Origin: Paramicrosporidium saccamoebae KSL3
Taxonomy: Eukaryota; Fungi; Cryptomycota
Assembly: GCA_002794465.1 (NCBI GenBank)
Contig: MTSL01000168.1
Location: forward strand, 5,683-36,000
Direction of reading: 5' to 3'
Length of the DNA: 30,318 nt
Shown here: positions 1 through 9,694 of the stretch, piece by piece
How the letters are laid out: every line of letters begins with the position of its first letter
Numbering within the stretch: position 1 is the first letter of the stretch
Translations under genes and position numbers: made by a program
The notes under the pieces: model-generated
The model's database searches: none
Told to the model about the DNA's origin: nothing
Seen by the model: only the letters and a program-made list of their open reading frames with translations

Positions 1-7
1 CTGGACT

Positions 8-619
8 ATGGCCGAACATCTCGCCTCTATTTATGGAACGGAGAAGGACAAGTAGCACTCTTTTTCTAGGCAGTAACACTTTAGGGTAAATTGTTCATTC
101 TATTACAAGATCGGCGCTTGTCGGCATGGCGATAAATGCTCCCGCAAGCACGTCAAACCCAATTATTCCGTAACGCTCCTCATTCCCAACATTTACCTCA
201 ACCCGGCACACGACGTCTCCTGCGCCCTCTCGCCTGATCAGTTGCAGCAGCATTTTGACCTTTTCTTCGAGGACATGTATGTTGAGCTGGCCGTAAAGTA
301 CGGAGAGATTGAGGAAATGGTCATTTGTGATAATATCGGGGACCACCTTATTGGGAATGTCTATGTCCGTTTCAAGTATGAGGATGCAGCAGGGAAGGCT
401 GTAGAGGACCTCAACAAACGGTGGTATGCCGGAAGACCCATATTCGCAGAGCTTTCACCCGTGACCGACTTTAGGGAGTCTTGCTGCAGACAGTACGAAA
501 ACGGCGAATGCAATCGAGGTGGATACTGTAATTTCATGCACTTGAAATATCCAAACCGAGAACTAAAGAAGGAGCTGTTTGCCTCTCAAGTGGAATCCAT
601 CAAGACCAAGGGGAAATAA
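8..619 (+). CDS. U2AF1: Splicing factor U2AF small subunit (U2AF35/U2AF1); join(8..51,85..619), 192 aa
   Basis: Removing the 33-nt intron 52-84 (GTAGCA...TTTAG) gives [37 protein letters not shown]..., the canonical U2AF35 N-terminus. It is followed by the UHM (EMVICDNIGDHLIGNVYVRF) and a second CCCH finger (CRQYENGECNRGGYCNFMH). Confidence 0.97.
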
Positions 620-751
620 ATTTTATTTGCATGTAAATGTTCAGAGCAAGTGCCAACCAGTGCATCTAAGCGGAACCCAACAACATAAATTGTGCAAATA
701 TCATTCTGTTGCGTGGTGAGAGTATTCCCAGTGCCGATATAAATGAGTGAC

Positions 752-800
752 AGGGAACTGTTTATTATCATCTGATATGGACTCGCCGACATAGTATCCA
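752..800. repeat. Dispersed ~50-nt element, copy 1 (partner at 9462-9510)
   Basis: 751-800 and 9461-9510 are identical at 41/50 positions without gaps, including exact AGGGAACTGTTTATTA and CCGACATAGT. Confidence 0.85.
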
Positions 801-850
801 ACCGTTGAACAGTCGGGGAATGGAAAGGAGAATCAATCTTTTGATTCCTC

Positions 851-940
851 GATTCCGACTCTTCCTTCCATCCTCTGATTCCGACTCTTTCTTCCATCCT
901 CTGATTCTGACTCTTCTCCTCCTCCATCGACTCTGAATCT
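851..940. repeat. 26-nt pyrimidine-rich tandem repeat, ~3 copies
   Basis: GATTCCGACTCTTCCTTCCATCCTCT (851-876), GATTCCGACTCTTTCTTCCATCCTCT (877-902), then a degenerate third copy. Confidence 0.85.
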
Positions 941-1031
941 CCTTTCCATAATTCAACAAATACCCAGCACCTACTACCTAACACTCAACACTCAACAATT
1001 GGCATCTAGCTAAATATTCTACTACTTCACT

Positions 1032-2072
1032 TTATAATTCCATATGTAAACTTCGAGCCGCCTGTTGAGCCCGCACGGCCTGTTCCCGCTTGATGGCTGC
1101 TTCGATTTGATTCAGACCAGCAATACTCTTTAAAGAAGCAACAGTTGCCTTTCCTGGCGGTGTCTGGCCCTGATGGCCATGTTGTACATGGTATTTGAGG
1201 CCATTTGGGTTCTTGTAGCGCTTGGAGCAATTTGGAAAGGGACATCGGTGGGGCTTCTCTACAGTGTCCTTGCCGTCTCGGTCATGGCCGTGAAGCGTGT
1301 GGTATTTTAGGCCATTAGGGTTTTTGTACGTCTTTCCACATCCGGCAACTTGGCAGGCATATGGTCGGTCCTTGCCAGCGTGCTCCTCGTCCTCAGAGTC
1401 GTCAGAATCATGACTATTCCTCTTGGCGGGTGGACGAGGTGGATTAATGGTGGAGGAGAGGGCAGTGTGTATCAGCTTTAACGAATTGTCAGGGGGAGTG
1501 TTAGAGAAGACGGGCGGGAGCATTGCTCGGAGAGTATTGATGGCATGCTGGTCTGCCGAAATCCCAGCCGGCACGGACCGCGGTCTCTTTGGCGCATAAT
1601 GAAAGCCATTATTTGTCCCATAATACTGGTGGTGAGCCGGCGTAACTGTTCTAAAGACTGTCGTATCAAAGGCCGACGGATATTCCGAGGTGGCGTCTTG
1701 CTGTTCGATACCCACGGCAATGATTCGTCGCTTCGGATTGGCCGGCGGCCCATATTTTCCATACCCATGGGGGTGGACCGTATAGACATCATCTGCATCT
1801 TCCATCTTTACATGACTCTCTTCATAATGTTGCAGCAGGGCATGCAGGTCTGGCAATGCTACTCCGCAACACACAAAATCGCTGCAAAAGTTTTGGTCCA
1901 CGTCCACCTCTTCGAAATGAGCTGGTTCTGGGGCAGCGTAGTAGTCCCAGCTTTCGACGAGTGGGTCGGAGGGTAACATGAGGGAGGCTTGACTCATTTC
2001 AATAAGACTGGTTGCTGCTAGATCAGCTCCTTCGCTAATTCCGCGTGGATGGACCTGGTACGGTATCGTCAT
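1032..2072 (-). CDS. SFP1: SFP1/JAZF1-type C2H2 zinc-finger transcription factor, 346 aa
   Basis: N-terminal FCSDFVCCGVALPDLHALLQHYEESH motif and two fingers with YKNPNGLKYH (CQVAGCGKTYKNPNGLKYHTLHGH; CPFPNCSKRYKNPNGLKYHVQHGH), characteristic of fungal Sfp1. Confidence 0.88.
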   Translation of the reverse strand: MTIPYQVHPRGISEGADLAATSLIEMSQASLMLPSDPLVESWDYYAAPEPAHFEEVDVDQNFCSDFVCCGVALPDLHALLQHYEESHVKMEDADDVYTVHPHGYGKYGPPANPKRRIIAVGIEQQDATSEYPSAFDTTVFRTVTPAHHQYYGTNNGFHYAPKRPRSVPAGISADQHAINTLRAMLPPVFSNTPPDNSLKLIHTALSSTINPPRPPAKRNSHDSDDSEDEEHAGKDRPYACQVAGCGKTYKNPNGLKYHTLHGHDRDGKDTVEKPHRCPFPNCSKRYKNPNGLKYHVQHGHQGQTPPGKATVASLKSIAGLNQIEAAIKREQAVRAQQAARSLHMEL

Positions 2073-2118
2073 TTAGTACGCGCAACCCCCTGTTCAGAAA
2101 AATTCCTTTCAAATGATA

Positions 2119-2130
2119 GATTGGCCAATC
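2119..2130. promoter_or_regulatory. Palindromic double CCAAT box (GATTGGCCAATC) in the divergent SFP1/ASPM intergenic region
   Basis: Perfect 12-nt palindrome giving one CCAAT on each strand, with NF-Y-like flanks (GGCCAATCAG), ~48 nt upstream of the SFP1 ATG. Confidence 0.5.
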
Positions 2131-2524
2131 AGGTGCAACATTGAAATTTTTTGCAAGAATTTTTTTTTCAACACCACGTGTAACATGTAGCACGTAACAT
2201 ATAGCTTGTAATATGCGAATTTGATTTACTGTGTAGTCCTTCTATAGATGCGTTCAGGCTTTTTTAGTGGATTCATATGGTACATGGTAGAACACTCTGC
2301 GTTCAAAGGATAATGGCCTTTATTTACAACATGATAAGATAAAATAATTCGTCCTTATAAATGATGGGAGATATTTGATAGAACAAGTTCTCGTTAAACA
2401 TGTGCGATACTAGCTCTTGTACTTAGACATAGGAATCTGTTAAGAATTATTCGCTTATGATTGGGAAAGGGAGAGGGGTTTGATTCAGATAGCGGCCCTA
2501 CAAGCCAGTTCCACCATATTGAGG

Positions 2525-5287
2525 ATGACGGCTTACAAAGGCGCCACCTATGCTAGAAACCAAATCCGCTCATCACCAGACTCCCTACGTTGTAATATAG
2601 AACAAATCTTTGGATGCCGGGGGTTCATGTTGCAACGAGATGACAGCACAGATTTGGTTCCCGCTCCAGTGTTGGGGGATATTGAGCAACATCTTCCAAT
2701 TTTGCCACTGGAAAATATAGAGGCAGAATTTTGTAGAACGCGACAGGAGCGCTATCTTTCTGGGTGGCTAAATTCATTGCTACCATCCGATGAGCAGTTT
2801 TGTTGGCGGCGCGCCATGCAAATGGTCGACAAGACTTTTCGTACCATTTCTCCCACACACATGGCTCGTTTAGAACAGGTAGCTCTAATCCATGTATAAT
2901 CGATTTTACAGGCATTTTCAGACAAATTCAGTGTTCGGAGCGGGCTTCTTGACATAAAAGTTGGCGAAATCCTTGTTCAGAGTCTGCAAAACATTGGCGA
3001 TTCTTGGCTCCGGATTGCAAGCCATTGTATCGTAGGTCAGGATTACGGTGCCTTTGAAATACGAGATGCCTTTTTGTTGGTTAGAAATAGCGAGGCAATA
3101 CGTGCCTTTGTTTGCTCCGTGTTCCAAATTATTCTTCTTTTGAATCAAACGGCAAGAGATAACTCGCCGTTGGAATGGCCAATCTACACTGACGCGACCA
3201 TTTCGTTTAAGAACATCCTTGCCACTCTGGGAGATGCGTTTTTGTGTGGAGAGGGCGACATTTGGCGCCATATTTCGTATGTTGTGGGGGAAAGTCTCAT
3301 TCCATATTGCGCGTGCCCGCTAGACGGATTCCAGTGGCAAATTGAGAGACTTGGATCATCTATAGGAGATGGTTTCCGTCTATGTCGCATTGCTGATCAA
3401 CACGCCCTGGTTCCGCTTGCTCGTTCTTCGCCATTGGAGAGATTAAGTGTGGTCTATTCTCATTTTGGCATTTCTACCAAGGAATTCCCTATTGCGGACA
3501 TTATAAATAGAGTCCAAAGTACCACTATGCGACTCTTATGGAGGATCAGGGCAGCTTGGCAACATCGCAGCCTTGAGTCTTTGCTAAGTGAGGAGATTAG
3601 GCTTCTGGGCTTTGTTCCGGATGCAAAGGATCCTGTTTTACAGTGGAGCCGATATGCCAACATGACCTATGGAAAATATGTCGGAACCCATGTTGAAGCT
3701 CTAGTTGACCCCATTGTGACTGCCAACATCCTGTCAAAATATGGCGTTCAGGCGATTACTAGCCATGAGCAGCTGTCGTTGATCGGATTCCCAGAAGACT
3801 TGAGACCTTCTGATTCTGAGACATTGTGCATCGATCATTGCCGGGTCTACTTTGGGACTCTTTTCGATCTAGTAACGTTGCAAAGAGATCGGTTTAAGCA
3901 TATTCCAATATTGTCCAATCTGCTTCGGCTCGTGTTTCGTAGATATGTGGATTGCTACCGGTTCCGACATGCCATATCAGCAAAAGCGTCGATTGTATTA
4001 ACCTGGAAGCGTAGCAGGGCCCAAAGACAATTTCAACAACATTGCCGACTAAGTGTACATTGTAGCAAGCATTATCGACGTTACTCGGCAATTTTGCGAC
4101 ATGTCCGCGTCAAAATTGCCAGCTCTACTTTGTGCTCCATAGTTCGGCAGACTCTCGCCAGAAGTAAACAAAAATCTCTTACAGCCCATCGTCATTCTCA
4201 TTCTGTAAGGATCATCTTTCAGCTATGGCTGGCATACAGGTGTCGTTTACAACTCCAAATTGTCACATCAGGCTCTACATTAATCTCGACTGTATATACG
4301 CGCTTCCGGGATCAGGTAAAATTTCGGGCCTATCAGTTTTCAGCAACGACGGTCCAGTCTATTATCCGTTGTCAATTTGTGGCTGCTCGTTTCAAGAAAT
4401 TTGAAAGTGGTGCCCTGCTTCTCTGCACGGTCTGGGAGATGAGCAGAGAGCGCAAAATTATACATGGCTTCCTATCAGCTAGCCAGAAATCGATTGTCAT
4501 CATGTCACATTATCGAGCATACCGGTATCGGCTAAAAGTTTTACAAACTCGCCAACAGAATACTGAAAAGCGGATCGAACGGATTGTGTCTATACTTCTT
4601 CAGTCCCTGTACTCGAAAAAGCTTCGGCAGTCACAAGCGCTAAATCGGCGCATCATTGGTTGTTATAAAATTTGGAAAGCTCAGAGTGTGATTCATAGCT
4701 CACTTGCCGTCTGCCTAATCTCTGCAGCATTCAGACGATTCTCAACCAAAAAGGCATTCGTGGGAAAACTTGAACATAGTGCATTGACCTCAAAGGCCCG
4801 ATTGGCTCTGGCTCAAATCAAGGGAAAAAGTCTCTCGCAAATCACAGCTGGATGCCAGAGTCTTGCCACAATGATTGCAATAAGCAAGGACTGCATCAAA
4901 CAGTTGGATATTGAAGCTCTCGCACAGAGGCTGGTAGAGTTACTCTCCAACGGAAATCAAAGCCTCCCGTACGTCGGTATGGCTAAACAAGCAGCAATTC
5001 TCTTGTCGCATGTACCGATAGAGCTTAGACTGACGCATCGTGAGGCTCTGATTGATTCCATGCTCTCACACAAAGGGGTCCCCGATCTGCTAGTGGATCT
5101 CTCCGCACTGCTTCCAGGTGACATACTTACAGATTTATCCCATCGCAAGCTCGCTGTCCTTTGTGCGTACTGCAAGAAAAAGTCGAAACTGACGATTGCT
5201 GTAAAGATGCGCGACGGATCTCTCGTTCCTCAAGGTGAATTGTATCGCCAATGCCTACAGAGGATTCTCGGTGCAGAGATACCATAA
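2525..5287 (+). CDS. ASPM: ASPM/Asp-like abnormal spindle protein (CH region, few IQ-like motifs, helical C-terminus); join(2525..2878,2912..5287), ~909 aa, start uncertain
   Basis: A 33-nt intron 2879-2911 (GTAGCT...TACAG) joins the two ORFs in frame. SWLRIASHCIVG and FLCGEGDIWRHISYV...PLDGFQWQIERLGSSIGDGFRLCRI match ASPM WLRIGLETTYG and FLSGEGDLSRHL...[24 protein letters not shown]. A basic IQ-like region follows (e.g. TTVQSIIRCQFVAARF). Confidence 0.82.
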
Positions 5288-5429
5288 GCTTTTCTTATGG
5301 TAGGCCAGTCCACTACGCTTGATATTACACAATACGTAGCAAAATTGTTTATAGTGTCGACCAATCGACGTTGCCGCAAATCAGGCCGAAAAGAAATAAA
5401 TTGGCCCCGTCCTCGTGTAGCGTCATTAA

Positions 5430-6665
5430 ATGTCATTCTACGACCTCGACCAAAAGTACTTGCTCACTCCAAAGTTGCTATACTTTTGCGTTGGGTCCGT
5501 ATACTATGCGTTCTACATTTTCCGTATAAAGTTCTGTCACGATTACTACGGCTTTAAGGCGGACAAGGCCAGCGACATTTCTGCCGTCATTTCTCTCTTT
5601 GGATTCCTCTTCATGGCAGTGTGGAGCTGGCTCGCGGATCACTTGCATCGTCATCGAGCGATACTTATTGTACTGGCAGTGGCGGCAAGCGGTAGCTTTG
5701 AGTTGCTGCTCCTAAAAGTGGGCGATAGTTACTGGTACTCATTGGGTATCTTTGCCGTTTTTGGAGCCGTGCTGGGTGGATTACTGCCGCTGGCGGACTA
5801 TCAGATTCTAAAGCTGCTTACCGTAAAGTTCAAAGCCAACAAGGCTCTCTATGGGAGGCAGCGGATGATGGGCACCGTGTCCTATGGTCTCACAACTCTG
5901 CTGGTCGGCGATTTGATTCATCGCACCAATGTGACTGTCATGTTCTATGCCCTTCCAGTGTTTTCGACAATTTTGGTGCTGGTTTTGCTGGCATTTGGCT
6001 TTCCTGATGCAAAACCCGAAGATGACCAGCTTGACAAGATTGAACGCCCACAGGTGCAGAAGCCCTCCTTCCTGGTCTTCTTTAAAGATCCCCACTTTAT
6101 CTTTTTCCTCCTTGTGGTCCTTGTAACCGGCTGTGGACGCCAAGTGCTTCAAATCTATCTTCCTCCGCATCTGGACAAATTCATGCACATGGACGAGCGA
6201 CAGGCAGGCTATGCCGTTGTCAGCAGCACCATATTCTCCATCGTTTTCATGTTCGTTGGCGGTTCGCTCATCAAGTACCTGGGAGTACATTTAATGCTCG
6301 TTCTTGGAATGGCCGTCATGGGACTCCGACTGGGCGCCTACATGTACCTGACGCCCTCTTCATCACCCTTTCTCGTGTATGCCATCGAGCTCCTGAATGG
6401 CGTGGCATTCAGTTTTACCCATCTTGCTGGAGTCAAGATTACTGCCGATTTCGCACCGCCTGGGCTGGAGGCCACTGGACAAGCAATTTACACAAGTTCG
6501 TACATGCAACTTCCTGCCGTCCTGGTTCCATTGATTGGAAGAAACTTGTTCCGCGCACGCGGCGGAGTGGTGCTATTTGGTATGACTGCCAAGGTGCTTC
6601 TAGTCTGTGCTCCCTTGGTGGGAGTGAAATATTTAATCCAAGGAAAATTGTGGAATCGTCCCTAA
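5430..6665 (+). CDS. Major facilitator superfamily transporter, MFSD6/MFS_1_like type, 411 aa
   Basis: About 12 hydrophobic segments; WSWLADHLHRHR loop and LYGRQRMMGTVSYG motif typical of MFSD6-like permeases. Confidence 0.85.
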   Translation: MSFYDLDQKYLLTPKLLYFCVGSVYYAFYIFRIKFCHDYYGFKADKASDISAVISLFGFLFMAVWSWLADHLHRHRAILIVLAVAASGSFELLLLKVGDSYWYSLGIFAVFGAVLGGLLPLADYQILKLLTVKFKANKALYGRQRMMGTVSYGLTTLLVGDLIHRTNVTVMFYALPVFSTILVLVLLAFGFPDAKPEDDQLDKIERPQVQKPSFLVFFKDPHFIFFLLVVLVTGCGRQVLQIYLPPHLDKFMHMDERQAGYAVVSSTIFSIVFMFVGGSLIKYLGVHLMLVLGMAVMGLRLGAYMYLTPSSSPFLVYAIELLNGVAFSFTHLAGVKITADFAPPGLEATGQAIYTSSYMQLPAVLVPLIGRNLFRARGGVVLFGMTAKVLLVCAPLVGVKYLIQGKLWNRP

Positions 6666-6671
6666 ATACCT

Positions 6672-6840
6672 TGTTTAAAGAGTCATTTACAATGTGCAGT
6701 ATTTAAGGAATCATTTACAATGCATACATAGTGTTTAAAAAGTCATTTATAACGCAGGATATTTAAAAACTACCTACCACGCATGATATTTAAAAACTAC
6801 CTATCACGCATGATATTTAAAGGGCTATTTACAATGCAGA
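6672..6840. repeat. Degenerate 27-32-nt tandem repeat, 6 units, between the convergent MFS and HAUS6 3' ends
   Basis: Units begin TRTTTAA. 6760-6786 and 6787-6813 differ at one base (TATTTAAAAACTACCTA[C/T]CACGCATGA); other units share TCATTTACAATG-like cores. Confidence 0.85.
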
Positions 6841-7404
6841 GTTTATAAAGTCTGCCTTTATATGTGGTAGCGTCGGTATTTCAAATTTTCGTCTCCCAGT
6901 AGACCCACTTGCTTTGCGACAGTTTGAGTGAACCAATATGGACAATCTCGCATTGAGCCTCACGAGCTCGGCATGATGGGAGTCCTCCAAGAATGCCTCA
7001 CAGGCATATACGGCCGGCGATAGTTGCGGATTGAATTCCTTCATCTCAGAGGCTTTCCTTGCCACCAGAAACTCTGCAAAGTTTTTCAGACACTCTTCCA
7101 GTCGTTCTCCCACCGCCTCGTCCAGGTATGATTTCCGTGGTACACATTCCCGGGGCACCTCTCCAGCCTGTTTCCACTTTTCCATAAACTTTAAGGATTC
7201 TGCGCGAAAGTGTTTAGAGCGTTGTGGGGTGGTGGTTGGCCAGAATTCGCAAAAACGTTCGGCACTGGCGGGTTTGAAGAGTGTTAGGAGAAAGTACAGA
7301 ATCTCTTCCATTAACTTTGGGTTGGGCCGTGTGAACAATGACTGATCGACACGAAAGTTTTTGGTAGGAAATCCGAGCAAGGCCAGGTCCAGCACCAAAG
7401 GCAT
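6829..7404 (-). CDS. HAUS6: HAUS6 (augmin subunit 6) N-terminal domain protein, 191 aa (3' end uncertain)
   Basis: LVLDLALLGF, EILYFLL, FWPTTTPQRSKHFR and VPRKSYLDEAVGERLEECLKNFAEFL match the HAUS6_N pattern (fungal VVRKTMLDECKGERLEEVL). Confidence 0.75.
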   Translation of the reverse strand: MPLVLDLALLGFPTKNFRVDQSLFTRPNPKLMEEILYFLLTLFKPASAERFCEFWPTTTPQRSKHFRAESLKFMEKWKQAGEVPRECVPRKSYLDEAVGERLEECLKNFAEFLVARKASEMKEFNPQLSPAVYACEAFLEDSHHAELVRLNARLSILVHSNCRKASGSTGRRKFEIPTLPHIKADFINSAL

Positions 7405-7418
7405 GGAAACGATAAATA

Positions 7419-7446
7419 TGAGGTTTGTAGTAAAGTCCTTTTATTA
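7419..7446. repeat. Dispersed 28-nt element, copy A (partner at 28586-28613)
   Basis: TGAGGTTTGTAGTAAAGTCCTTTTATTA vs TGAGGTTTGTAGTAAAGCCCCTTTATTA: 26/28 identical, first 17 exact. Confidence 0.85.
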
Positions 7447-7584
7447 GTGGCCTTGACCCGTTCGTTGTAATCGTAATCAATAGTTTATGGTAGTATTCTC
7501 CGTTTACTAACAGAACTTTTAGTGGGGAGATTCTTGATCTGTAAATACGATATACTATTCCACATAAACAATTTCGTAAATTTG

Positions 7585-9363
7585 ATGTTTAGGACTCGTG
7601 GAATATTACGACTCCGACAGAGTGTTCTACGGCCATGTTTTTTCACCACAGTCAATTCGACCCGTTCATTGTCCTTGACTAAGACAGTTCCATCGTTTTG
7701 CTCGATTCCCGTGGCCAAAACATTGCAACCGCTTCGTTTTTACTCGCTGGCCGAGCCCTTTCCAATAATAGAGGACACTATCAACGTTAGCGACGAGACG
7801 TTTCGTCAAAACGATGTTTCCATGTCAGCGGTAGTCTCTGAAATGCAGAGCGTCCTTGATCGCGTTAAACTCGGTGGCGGGGAAGAGGCGCGGAATCGAC
7901 ATCTTGGACGTGGCAAACTGCTGGCAAGAGAACGTGTCAGCCAGCTCGTCGACCTTGGCTCTCCCTTTCTCGAATTGTCGCCGCTCGCAGGGTACAAGTT
8001 GTATGAAGATGAAGATGTGGCGGCTGGTGGGATTGTCACGGGGGTGGGACGGGTTAGTGGACGACTTTGCATGATCGTCGCAAACGATCCGACTGTAAAG
8101 GGTGGCACTTATTACCCAATAACCGTCAAGAAGCATCTTAGAGCACAGGAAATTGCACAAGAATGCCACTTGCCCTGCGTCTATCTGGTAGATTCTGGAG
8201 GTGCAAATCTTCCCCGCCAAGCTGATGTCTTTCCTGATAAACAGCACTTCGGCCGCATCTTTTATAACCAAGCCAACATGAGTGCGTCAGGGATCCCCCA
8301 AGTCGCCGTGGTTCTCGGTTCGTGCACCGCAGGAGGGGCCTATGTGCCAGCCATGGCAGACGAGAGTGTCATTGTGGCTAAGCAGGGAACAATCTTTTTG
8401 GGCGGTCCGCCGTTGGTAAAGGCTGCGACTGGTGAGGTAGTTTCGGCAGAACAGCTCGGAGGCGCTGACCTGCACTGCCGAACCTCTGGTGTCACTGACC
8501 ACTATGCCATGAATGACAATGATGCACTCCGTATTGCCCGAAGGATCGTCTCATCTTTGCCTGAGAGTCGAATGTCAAGTTCTGAACGCTCAACGGAGCC
8601 GCTGTATTCGGCTGATCAGCTAGGGGGAATTGTGGGAACCAACTTGAAAAAGTCCTTTGACATTCGACAGGTGATTGCTCGCATTGTGGATGAAAGTCGT
8701 TTCCAGGAATTCAAAGAGCTTTATGGAACCTCCCTCGTCACCGGTTTCGCCCATCTCTACGGCCAGCCCGTCGGAATTGTCGCCAACAACGGTGTTCTTT
8801 TCAGCGAAGCCGCCCTCAAGGGAGCCCACTTTATCCAGCTTTGTTCGCAACGTGGCATTCCGCTCCTATTTTTACAGAACATTACCGGTTTTATGGTCGG
8901 CTCTACCGCAGAGGCTGGCGGCATTGCCAAGAATGGTGCCAAGATGGTGACTGCTGTGGCGTGTGCCAATGTGCCTAAGCTGACTCTGCTTCTCGGCGGT
9001 AGTTTTGGAGCTGGTAATTACGGCATGTGCGGAAGAGCATATTCTCCCAATTTCCTATTCTCCTGGCCGAATTCGAGAATCTCAGTGATGGGCGGCGAGC
9101 AAGCCGCCAATGTGCTGACACAGATCACCAAAGATTCAAAAGAGAAAAAGGGTCAGAAACTAAGTGCATCGGAAGAAAAGGCTATCAAGGATCCAATCCT
9201 GAAACAATATGAAGAAGAAGGCTCGCCGTATTTCTCCAGCGCGCGTCTCTGGGACGACGGGGTGATCCGACCTCGAGATACTCGTAGGACACTAGGGCTG
9301 GCGCTATTTGCCGCAATGAACAAGGAGCGTCAAGAGACCAAGTTTGGTGTATTCCGTATGTAA
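7585..9363 (+). CDS. MCCC2: Methylcrotonoyl-CoA carboxylase beta subunit, mitochondrial, 592 aa
   Basis: Arg-rich presequence ([17 protein letters not shown]) followed by carboxyltransferase motifs [71 protein letters not shown] and KFGVFRM. Confidence 0.96.
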   Translation: MFRTRGILRLRQSVLRPCFFTTVNSTRSLSLTKTVPSFCSIPVAKTLQPLRFYSLAEPFPIIEDTINVSDETFRQNDVSMSAVVSEMQSVLDRVKLGGGEEARNRHLGRGKLLARERVSQLVDLGSPFLELSPLAGYKLYEDEDVAAGGIVTGVGRVSGRLCMIVANDPTVKGGTYYPITVKKHLRAQEIAQECHLPCVYLVDSGGANLPRQADVFPDKQHFGRIFYNQANMSASGIPQVAVVLGSCTAGGAYVPAMADESVIVAKQGTIFLGGPPLVKAATGEVVSAEQLGGADLHCRTSGVTDHYAMNDNDALRIARRIVSSLPESRMSSSERSTEPLYSADQLGGIVGTNLKKSFDIRQVIARIVDESRFQEFKELYGTSLVTGFAHLYGQPVGIVANNGVLFSEAALKGAHFIQLCSQRGIPLLFLQNITGFMVGSTAEAGGIAKNGAKMVTAVACANVPKLTLLLGGSFGAGNYGMCGRAYSPNFLFSWPNSRISVMGGEQAANVLTQITKDSKEKKGQKLSASEEKAIKDPILKQYEEEGSPYFSSARLWDDGVIRPRDTRRTLGLALFAAMNKERQETKFGVFRM

Positions 9364-9461
9364 GTAAAGACAGTATTGTTGCGTAGTGAGTGGCGAGCGA
9401 TGGGCGGTGAGTAATGAGTGGTGGAATATTGGCACAGTGTCAATATAATTAACTGGATGAG

Positions 9462-9510
9462 AGGGAACTGTTTATTACAAGCCGGTATGGACTCACCGAC
9501 ATAGTGTCAA
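9462..9510. repeat. Dispersed ~50-nt element, copy 2
   Basis: See copy 1. This copy is additionally bracketed by a 13/15 direct repeat CA[C/T]AGTGTCAATA[T/C]A at 9433-9447 and 9500-9514. Confidence 0.85.
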
Positions 9511-9620
9511 TACATCAAAGCATTGTAGCGTCAATATTTTCTTTCCCCTCCCCTGACTATGCCCCAATAAAAGAATGTCTCGATTCTTGATATATTACCT
9601 CCCCATCCCTCATAAAAGAA

Positions 9621-9694
9621 TGTCTCGTCCCGGACTCGAACCGGGGACCGCCTGTGTGTTAGACAGGCGTGATAACCATCTACACCAACGAGAC
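9621..9694 (-). tRNA. tRNA-Val(AAC)
   Basis: The reverse complement GTCTCGTTGGTGTAGATGGTTATCACGCCTGTCTAACACACAGGCGGTCCCCGGTTCGAGTCCGGGACGAGACA folds to a cloverleaf: acceptor GTCTCGT/ACGAGAC, anticodon stem CCTGT/ACAGG with loop CTAACAC, T-loop TTCGAGT. A T-run terminator follows. Confidence 0.96.

Noticed and set aside
586-984. Minus-strand ORFs (132 aa and 63 aa, Arg/Glu-rich) between U2AF1 and SFP1
   Set aside because: They run through a 26-nt (non-triplet) repeat, use non-ATG starts and show no recognisable domain; most likely by-products of a purine-rich strand.
2108-2113. CHR element (TTTGAA on the minus strand) next to CCAAT boxes, suggesting DREAM-type control of ASPM
   Set aside because: It is a single hexamer positioned at the SFP1 side. 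None is found near the ASPM, HAUS6 or HROB starts.
5297-5557. 86-aa ORF overlapping the MFS start, and the many 60-120-aa ORFs nested in larger genes
   Set aside because: They overlap well-supported genes in other frames and have no motifs; they are expected at ~50% GC.
6672-6840. Repeat-spacer-like arrays (also 16067-16205 and 24756-24961) as CRISPR
   Set aside because: The units are tandem copies whose variable parts are homologous to each other rather than unique spacers. There are no cas genes and the context is eukaryotic.
7419-7435. Resemblance of TGAGGTTTGTAGTA to let-7 miRNA, or of GTAGTA to U2 snRNA
   Set aside because: Only 5-6 nt match. There is no pre-miRNA hairpin and none of the flanking U2 sequence (e.g. 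AAGATCAAGTGTAGTATCTG).
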